From the NCBI GenBank assembly GCA_028278025.1, contig JANQFE010000045.1:658-64657 (forward strand): 64,000 bases of DNA, in the 5' to 3' direction. Under the pieces are notes generated by a model, which was not told where the DNA came from, searched no databases, and saw only the letters and a program-made list of their open reading frames with translations. The stretch's first letter is position 1, and every line of letters starts with the position of its first letter. Made by a program: the position numbers and the translations under genes. Of this stretch, positions 46,901-54,096 are shown piece after piece. This DNA is from Thermodesulfobacteriota bacterium. GTDB lineage: Bacteria > Desulfobacterota > WTBG01 > CAIYCZ01 > CAIRTM01.

Positions 46901-47905
46901 ATGAAACATAAAAACTTTTTTTTAACGGTTTGCCTGCTGGGTGCCCTTGCCGTAATGTGTGGCTGTGTTCAGCCACCGGAAGAAATAGACGAATTTGCAA
47001 TACTGGCTGCGGCCGGTGATGCCTATTTCACCAACTATACAACACCGTCAACTGGTGTAAGCCCCAACATTGCCATCGCTGATCTTTTTCAATTACTGAA
47101 TGACGGTGATGAAAGCAATGACCCTTATCTTATCGACTGGCGCTCTGCTGAAGACTTTGCGGCCGGCCATATACAGGGTGCTGTTAACATTGCATTGGGA
47201 GACCTTGGTTCTAAGATTAATGAGCTCCCTACTGATCAGATGATTGTTAATGTCTGCTATACCGGTCAGACAGCCAGCTTTGCAACCGCTGTTATAAACC
47301 TGGTCGGTCAGCAGGACGAGTTTGCAGGACTGGAAGCCCGCAATCTGAAATTCGGCATGTGCTCGGTAACAAACGATACCTCTATTGTTCCTAAAACCGA
47401 TAAGTGGGTAAACGCGGTCGCCGAAGATGAATTCACCGACAGCCTGGAACAGACCGCCAATACGACCGATACTGAATATGAATTTCCGGCAATCAGCAGC
47501 GACGAAACAACCCTGGCCGGTATTATTGCCGCCCAGGTTGATGATGCGGTTTCTGATTGGAGCATAGATGCCGCCACCGTATTTGCCAACACTGATGACT
47601 ATTTCATCATCAACTACTGGCCTGAAGATCAGTACCTTGACCCGGGCCATATCCCCGGAGCTTATCAGTTCAGTCCCAAAGGGTCGTTGGCAACAGATGC
47701 CGATTTGAACCTGCTGCCCACGGACCAGACGATCGTGGTGTACTGCTATACCGGTCAGACTTCCGCCCAGGTTGCACCTTATCTGAGGATGCTGGGCTAT
47801 GATGCCAAAAGCCTGCTGTTTGGTGTTAACGGCTTTGCATTTGAGGTCTGCCCGGGAACTACGTATCATGGACCGGAAAATGATTATACCAGCATACTAG
47901 AATAA
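46901..47905 (+). CDS. Tandem rhodanese-domain lipoprotein (sulfur/selenium transferase)
   Basis: Lipobox MCGC; two domains with GHIQGA and GHIPGA and active loops CYTGQTA and CYTGQTS. Confidence 0.88.
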   Translation: MKHKNFFLTVCLLGALAVMCGCVQPPEEIDEFAILAAAGDAYFTNYTTPSTGVSPNIAIADLFQLLNDGDESNDPYLIDWRSAEDFAAGHIQGAVNIALGDLGSKINELPTDQMIVNVCYTGQTASFATAVINLVGQQDEFAGLEARNLKFGMCSVTNDTSIVPKTDKWVNAVAEDEFTDSLEQTANTTDTEYEFPAISSDETTLAGIIAAQVDDAVSDWSIDAATVFANTDDYFIINYWPEDQYLDPGHIPGAYQFSPKGSLATDADLNLLPTDQTIVVYCYTGQTSAQVAPYLRMLGYDAKSLLFGVNGFAFEVCPGTTYHGPENDYTSILE

Positions 47906-48036
47906 ACTGTTGAACTATTAGCCCCTCAATGTTCCCCTCGCCGGGCTGCAGATTTTTTACAGCCCCCTTTTACTGCAGCCCGGCATATCCTCTAAAACAA
48001 TAACTACTGCACCCCTGAGCAGTGCTGTGGGACCGG

Positions 48037-48262
48037 CTAGCCCGCATTATTCATCAGCATGTAGTGAGCGCACTATCCCTGGTGTTTACTACAAAAAAAC
48101 CTTCCGGCACGCCTGCAGCCGGTGGCATCGGATGGGGCTGCAAAGGCGGTGCGAGCGATGTCTGGTAATCAAGAAAACAGCTGTTTTTGCGAGCACATAG
48201 CCTGAAGCACGCAGTCCGATGCCGCAGGCTGGCCGCTAATAGTCATCAATAATGCGGGCTAG
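48037..48262. mobile_element. MITE-like element (226 bp)
   Basis: Terminal inverted repeats CTAGCCCGCATTATT...AATAATGCGGGCTAG; internal palindromic core related to the elements at 52231 and 61458. Confidence 0.65.
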
Positions 48263-48278
48263 TACTTTTGGACAAACT

Positions 48279-48312
48279 AAAAAGGCAGATCTTTTTAAGA
48301 CCTGCCTTTTTA
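48279..48312. terminator. Bidirectional rho-independent terminator between convergent operons
   Basis: AAAAAGGCAG...CTGCCTTTTT. Confidence 0.7.
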
Positions 48313-48331
48313 ATTTTTTTAAAAACTCTTG

Positions 48332-49297
48332 TTATCTTTTTAAGGCCAGGACCTTCACTCGGTCGGCCAGCATCTCTACTACATATAATCTGTTCTTATG
48401 CACGAAGAGACCGGTCGGTGATTTGAATTTCATGATAGTGCCCTGGCTGTCACCAACAACCGACAGAAACGTTCCCCTTTTATCAAACACCTGGACAACC
48501 CCCAGGTAGCTGTCACTTACATACACCCGGCCCTGGGCGTCGACTGCAATACCTTTCGGGCGGTACAACTCACCCTTCTCTACTCCCCACCGGCCGATAT
48601 TGGCAAGATAGGCGCCTTCAGGGTCCAGCACCTTAATACGGGTATTGATTACTTCCACAATATAGATATTTCCGTCCTGATCAATATCGGCAAGGAATGG
48701 AAAACGAAATTCTTTCCGTTCCATGCCCATAATACCGTGTACCCGGAGGATTTCCTGCTTTACAAGATCATAGATAAGCACGCAGTGGTTATCGTTATCC
48801 ACAACGTAACATTTCTGCTGAGAGCTGTTTACAACCACATCGGTCGGGTCGGAAGGCTTAAACCCTTTCCGGCCGGTGTCGGTTGAAAACTGGGACAGGT
48901 AGGTTCCCTCAGGGCTGAACACCTGCACCCGGTGATTGCCCGAATCAGCCACGTATATTCGACCCTCCGCATCAATACCGATACCCAGGGGTGCTTTTAG
49001 TTTGCCGCGGCCCTGGCCGGCACCTCCAAATGAGGAAAGATACTTGCCACTGCTGCTGAAGACTTTAACCCTGTTATTAACCCCGTCCAGCACATATATT
49101 CTGCCGTTTTTTCCGACAACGACATCACTGGGCTTGTCAAAGTCGGCTGTAAGGGTAAAAAGACTTTTGACCGGCAGGACAGGAACTGCATACTCCTGCC
49201 CATATGATACCGGAACATACATCAGTACCATGCCGATAGTTATAAACCGAAATATGTTTTTGAAAAAACTCAATACAACCTCCGTAAATATTGTCAC
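48332..49297 (-). CDS. NHL-repeat beta-propeller protein (module 2)
   Basis: Paralog of 36865..37812; shared CYVVDNDNH, WGV..G..YRPKG and SDSYLGV. Confidence 0.9.
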   Translation of the reverse strand: MTIFTEVVLSFFKNIFRFITIGMVLMYVPVSYGQEYAVPVLPVKSLFTLTADFDKPSDVVVGKNGRIYVLDGVNNRVKVFSSSGKYLSSFGGAGQGRGKLKAPLGIGIDAEGRIYVADSGNHRVQVFSPEGTYLSQFSTDTGRKGFKPSDPTDVVVNSSQQKCYVVDNDNHCVLIYDLVKQEILRVHGIMGMERKEFRFPFLADIDQDGNIYIVEVINTRIKVLDPEGAYLANIGRWGVEKGELYRPKGIAVDAQGRVYVSDSYLGVVQVFDKRGTFLSVVGDSQGTIMKFKSPTGLFVHKNRLYVVEMLADRVKVLALKR

Positions 49298-49419
49298 CAG
49301 TCAGTTGAATGTTGTCAGTAGTATAATCAGTAACGAGCAATGAGTGCTGAGTAACGAGTATCCCCCTTAACAGCTTTTTCAGCATTTACTGTTTACGGTT
49401 CACGGTTTACTGTTTTGCT

Positions 49420-50199
49420 TCAGTCGTTTTTTCTGCCTGCTTTGCTCGGATCAAACATAGTAGGTAGATAAAATTCCTTATACTCATCGATTAGCTGCAT
49501 GATCTCCAGGCGTACCAGCCTGTTGATGTAGTTCTGTGTATATCCCAGAGATGCAAGGTCGATATACCCGTCCTGCTGATGACATTCCTTGCATGTTACG
49601 GCTTCTTCGGAAATATGGGCCATAAGCTCTTCCTGGATTTTTTTCTTCTCGGCTTCACTATAGCCGGCCTCATTGGCCATGTATTCACGCGCTAAAGCTT
49701 CCTTGGGAAATACATCCAGCCGTTTGCCGTCTTTTACTGCTACAATTTTAGCCCCGTAGCTGCCCTGCTGTCCGACGATTTGGGTAACCTGCTGCCCGCT
49801 TTTGTTATCAAACCATTTAAAACTGATGGCTTCACCTTCTTTCTTTCTGATGTGACAGGTCTCGCAGGCTACATAAAAAGTGTGCATGTTATAAAACGAC
49901 CGGAGCTCCTTTGACTCAGTATGGCAGAAGTTGCCATGACATTGCAAACACAGGGGAGCATTATCGGCATCACTGTATACTTCTTCATCAAGTATGTGAA
50001 AATGTTCATTGGCCCTGACAGGGTGAACAATTGTTTTAGTAAACTTATTGACCGGTTGCTCCTCAGGGACTGCCGTCGGCTTTGCGGGGAAATAGAGAAA
50101 TTTCAAAAGCAGGAACACACAGATGGCCGTCACAACTGCAAAAACCACCCCTAAGAAATTACCGATTAATCTCAGGAAAATATTTGTTGATCTACTCAT
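49420..50199 (-). CDS. Membrane-anchored triheme cytochrome c
   Basis: N-terminal TM segment; CLQCH, CETCH, CKECH; matches the C-terminal half of 35193..36854 (RSF.NMH..Y.AC.TCH). Confidence 0.85.
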   Translation of the reverse strand: MSRSTNIFLRLIGNFLGVVFAVVTAICVFLLLKFLYFPAKPTAVPEEQPVNKFTKTIVHPVRANEHFHILDEEVYSDADNAPLCLQCHGNFCHTESKELRSFYNMHTFYVACETCHIRKKEGEAISFKWFDNKSGQQVTQIVGQQGSYGAKIVAVKDGKRLDVFPKEALAREYMANEAGYSEAEKKKIQEELMAHISEEAVTCKECHQQDGYIDLASLGYTQNYINRLVRLEIMQLIDEYKEFYLPTMFDPSKAGRKND

Positions 50200-50218
50200 A
50201 TCTGATTCCTCAAAATAT

Positions 50219-50923
50219 TTATGCCTTGGAGGCGGCCGAAGCCTCTTCAGCCTGTTTTATACGCTGATACTGCAAAGGATGTTCTTCCTCGAGTTCATGT
50301 TCGGGTATTTTACCGTTCAGGAAAATTTTGGACATCGGAAACTTGCCCGGTTTCAGGTGCACCTCGTAAAAATGCCACACCATTATGGCACACGATGCCA
50401 GGATAGCCTCCATGGTATGCACCAGAATAGAAACATCAAAAAAGAATTTGGGAAACAGGTGCTCCAGCCACAGCACAAACCCGGTCAGGGTAATAATAAT
50501 ATTACCGATCCAGCCGGTCCAGTATTCCATTTTCTCTTTATAGTTAAAACGGTCAAATTGCGGCTTGTCTTTGGAGATCCTTAGATAATAAAGCATATTA
50601 AACAGCATGTCCTTGGCATCCTGGAGTGTGGGCAGCATGTCCATAAAGTAACTGCGTCCATCCCTGGTAAACGCAAGATACCACGTCTGATAAAACAGGT
50701 TTGCTATCATAACAACTGCAGCAATCCGGTGCAGCAGGCCCCGCCAGTAAAAAACAGGTTCCCTGTATTGTCCGAAAACGGCAATCCACTCCTCAGGAAA
50801 CTCCACCATGAAACCGGTAACGGCCAGGGTAATAAAGGTAGACCAGACAAGATGGTGCTGAATTCTTTCATGTATGGTCATGCGAATATAGTGTTTTTCT
50901 TCAGCATGATTGGAACGCGCCAT
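50219..50923 (-). CDS. Cytochrome b (FdnI-type) membrane subunit
   Basis: RIQH, LHR, RFNYKEKMEYW and VHTMEA..A...WHFY motifs. Confidence 0.88.
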   Translation of the reverse strand: MARSNHAEEKHYIRMTIHERIQHHLVWSTFITLAVTGFMVEFPEEWIAVFGQYREPVFYWRGLLHRIAAVVMIANLFYQTWYLAFTRDGRSYFMDMLPTLQDAKDMLFNMLYYLRISKDKPQFDRFNYKEKMEYWTGWIGNIIITLTGFVLWLEHLFPKFFFDVSILVHTMEAILASCAIMVWHFYEVHLKPGKFPMSKIFLNGKIPEHELEEEHPLQYQRIKQAEEASAASKA

Positions 50924-52101
50924 CAGTGGTGACCCCCTTTCTTCATTTCTCTTCTGGTTGCAAAGAAGTCCAGAATTTGATGAATTATCATAAAAGAGAT
51001 AAGTCCGGCGATAAGTATTTTATAAAAGTATTTTATAAGCAAAAGAATAAGACTTTGATAGTATTCCAGGGTGGTCATATCTTCCTGGGCCCGTTCCTGC
51101 ATAAGGGATTTGAAAGGCCTGGCTTCTCCCTTCTTGATCAGTTCCTTCACCTCAAAGGTATCCAGCTTGGTATCAAAAACTTTGGCCTTGGCCCCGGACG
51201 GGTGGATTTTTCCCTGGGCGAATGCCGCTGTAGCATCCGGGTGGCACTGCTGCAGGCCGTTTATGTTGCTGCAGGTCTGCACCAGGTTATCCTGGTGGAT
51301 TGCAGAACCGGGATCTGTTTTCGGTTTGATTTCATGGGCAAGGTAACCGACCGGTGCATGGCAGTCTATACAGTTAGGGGCATTGGGATCATTATACTTT
51401 ATAGACTGCCAGTGAAACGTGTCACGGTAGGTGCCGGTGGCTTCCAATCCGTGCCTGCTCATCTTTTCCTGGTCTTCATGGCATGAAGCACACAGCGTTA
51501 CGGTGTCGTATGATGATCGGCGCTCTTTCATCCGGTGAGTCACATGGCTGTAAAACGTCTGGGCCCAGCGCTCATCCTCATGGCATGCCAAACAGCGGTC
51601 AAGGAGCTCACAGGCAATAGTATTCGGTTTGCCCGGTTCGCACAGCAACGGCTCAAAAATCCGGTTAGCGTGGCAATAGGTGCAGCCGGGCAGATCATCG
51701 GCATTATCTTTAAGCTTTTCGCCGTCATATTTGCTGTGAACACTTTGTTCATATTTTTCAACATCCTTGGCGTGTGAGAATTTTTTTTCAACCGAAGGCT
51801 CAACTATATGACATTCGGTAGCACAATCAACTTTCTCCAAATCAACATGGGGAAACTTTTCAACATTGACATGACAGCCTTTGCATTTAACCCGGGCATG
51901 GACCGAGTGTGCATATAAATCTTCATTCACGTAAAAGAGCCGCTTCTTGCCGTCGTCATCTATCCTGCCGAGTCCACTGTATTTGTGACATAAAGCGCAG
52001 TTCTCTACATCGGCAGCCCGTACCTCCGGGGGGGCCTGCAGCCACAGTGTCATTGACACTAAAATGACAAAAGTCCTTATTAAGAGAGTTTGCGGTTTCA
52101 T
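50923..52101 (-). CDS. Membrane-anchored multiheme cytochrome c (Cbc-like c subunit, module 2)
   Basis: 6 CxxCH plus CX3CH and CX8CH, C-terminal TM segment; paralog of 34090..35196. Confidence 0.85.
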   Translation of the reverse strand: MKPQTLLIRTFVILVSMTLWLQAPPEVRAADVENCALCHKYSGLGRIDDDGKKRLFYVNEDLYAHSVHARVKCKGCHVNVEKFPHVDLEKVDCATECHIVEPSVEKKFSHAKDVEKYEQSVHSKYDGEKLKDNADDLPGCTYCHANRIFEPLLCEPGKPNTIACELLDRCLACHEDERWAQTFYSHVTHRMKERRSSYDTVTLCASCHEDQEKMSRHGLEATGTYRDTFHWQSIKYNDPNAPNCIDCHAPVGYLAHEIKPKTDPGSAIHQDNLVQTCSNINGLQQCHPDATAAFAQGKIHPSGAKAKVFDTKLDTFEVKELIKKGEARPFKSLMQERAQEDMTTLEYYQSLILLLIKYFYKILIAGLISFMIIHQILDFFATRREMKKGGHH

Positions 52102-52230
52102 AAATTCTCCCTTGCATATGATAGAAATAATATTTCTAGGTCCAATGTGTATAAACCCTGCATTCTATTTAAATGATGCTGGTTGCTTGCTCCTTGATAC
52201 CGGATAAGAAAACAACTATCATCCAGCATT

Positions 52231-52419
52231 TAGTACAGCGTCACATGTGAATTTGTCTGTTCATCGGTGAGGGTCTTTGGTTTTTGGGCCGCCAGGGCGC
52301 TGCGAGCACTTGCCTATACTATAAGAGACGGTCATTCAAGCGAGCACATAGCCCGCTGCATTCAAAATCAAAGACCCTCGCTAAATCATACCCACACATT
52401 CAAATGTGGTGCTGTACTA
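52231..52419. mobile_element. MITE-like element, copy 1 (~190 bp)
   Basis: TIRs TAGTACAGCGTCACA...TGTGGTGCTGTACTA; near-full-length homolog at 61458..61645. Confidence 0.75.
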
Positions 52420-52437
52420 GTATCCAGAAGCCGGCAA

Positions 52438-54021
52438 CTATTTATACGACTCCGGTTCCTCCCTCAGCAAAAATTCATACGGTGCGCTGTGAGGATTGTG
52501 ACACACCGTGCAGTTGTTACCTGCAAACCGCGGCAGATTTTCGTGAATATTCTCTGTTCCTCCTCGCTCATCCTTCACCAGCTGCTCGATATAATTATGG
52601 CACTGATAGCAGACAATAATGCCCTTTTCCTTTACGAGCCCGCTATGGTCTTCTCCGTGACAATACCCGCAGGTCAGCTCCTGTTCAGGAACCGTTTCTT
52701 GAAACAGCCCGTAGTAGTAATCATGCAGATCCTGTTTCTGCTGCTGAGCTTCATCCTCCTCAATCGGCGGCAAGAGCGGATGGCAGGCCCTGCAGAGTTT
52801 CTGTTGGTCATTTACAATATGGGCACCAAACTGGCTGCCATGTTGACTGTGACACAAAAGACAGTTTCCTTCAGCAGCATCCTTATGGGTAAACCGTGCT
52901 CCCAGAAGGGCGGGGGTATCATGACAGTCCGACACAAAACACATTTTAAAGACATTGGGCACACCGGGTTCTTCCCTGGTTACTGCGTGACAGGCCCGGC
53001 ATTTTTTTTCCAGAAATGCTTTATGATACGAGGGTATACCCTCTCCCTTGGTAACCGGGATTAGATCCGTTCGCTGAATTTCTTCCAGGGGAATATCCCT
53101 GGCACTGACCTCCTCCTTATCGCTGTGGCAGGCAACACACATATCCTTGGAGCGGTCAAGCCGCAGTTTATACTCTGCCTCTGCGCCCTTTGCAGCCGCT
53201 TCCCGTTGTATAATACCCTTGTCATGAGGATTGTGGCAGGTTCCACAAAACACATGTTCCTCAAACAACGGCAGGATGACATTATATTTTTCTTCGGATG
53301 CCTCAATTGCCGCAAGCATTTCCTCGGAAGGTTTGTGCATGTGATTTGCTTTGGCCGGATGCAGGGTTTCCTCCTCGCCATGACACGCAGCACAAAAGGT
53401 TGACTGTTTGGTTTTGAAATTGACTCCGGTAATATCTGTGACTGCATCAGGATCAGGCAGCGATTCGTGACAGTACAGGCACTGTTTTTCATCAACGTTA
53501 CCCTCATCGTCAACCTGTTCATGCGGATTAGTCTTGGCATACACATCCCGGTTATGACAGCGAAAACAAAATTCGGTTACCTTTTTGTAAGGTGCCCCCC
53601 ATAGAAAATTAATATTTTCAAACTGCGCTGCAGGCTCTGCCTGGCATTGCAGGTATACATCATGACAGGTCCTGCAGGTAACCTTACCGTCATACAGGGG
53701 AAGCTCTTTAGGAATTGTTACAGCTTCCCCCACTGAGGGAGCAATCCCGACCGGGTGGAGCTCACCTTTGACATTCTCCTTTTCATGGCATGAATTGCAC
53801 ATGGCTATATCATCACCGCCAAACTTGAGCTTCAGATTTTTGTCACCCGGCTGCGGTGCCGACACGTGACATTCTTCGCAATGCTTTCCGGTGAAGTGCG
53901 GATTAATAACTTCCTCCTCATCCTTTGCCTGGACAAAAGCAGGACACAACAAAAGGCAAAACGCAAAGATAATCATGTTCCTTATCACTGTATTTATATG
54001 TACTGCTTTCGTCCTCATCAC
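52438..54021 (-). CDS. ~15-heme cytochrome c (module 2)
   Basis: 14 CxxCH plus CFVSDCH; paralog of 39891..41417. Confidence 0.9.
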   Translation of the reverse strand: MMRTKAVHINTVIRNMIIFAFCLLLCPAFVQAKDEEEVINPHFTGKHCEECHVSAPQPGDKNLKLKFGGDDIAMCNSCHEKENVKGELHPVGIAPSVGEAVTIPKELPLYDGKVTCRTCHDVYLQCQAEPAAQFENINFLWGAPYKKVTEFCFRCHNRDVYAKTNPHEQVDDEGNVDEKQCLYCHESLPDPDAVTDITGVNFKTKQSTFCAACHGEEETLHPAKANHMHKPSEEMLAAIEASEEKYNVILPLFEEHVFCGTCHNPHDKGIIQREAAAKGAEAEYKLRLDRSKDMCVACHSDKEEVSARDIPLEEIQRTDLIPVTKGEGIPSYHKAFLEKKCRACHAVTREEPGVPNVFKMCFVSDCHDTPALLGARFTHKDAAEGNCLLCHSQHGSQFGAHIVNDQQKLCRACHPLLPPIEEDEAQQQKQDLHDYYYGLFQETVPEQELTCGYCHGEDHSGLVKEKGIIVCYQCHNYIEQLVKDERGGTENIHENLPRFAGNNCTVCHNPHSAPYEFLLREEPESYK

Positions 54022-54095
54022 TCGTTACTCATTGCTCATTACTTATTATTTGTTACTCAGCACTCATCACTCATTGCTCATTACTCATCATCACT
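54022..54095. repeat. Degenerate heptamer tandem repeat (TTACTCA/TTGCTCA-like)
   Basis: About 10 units with 7-nt periodicity filling the intergenic gap. Confidence 0.7.
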
Positions 54096-54096
54096 T

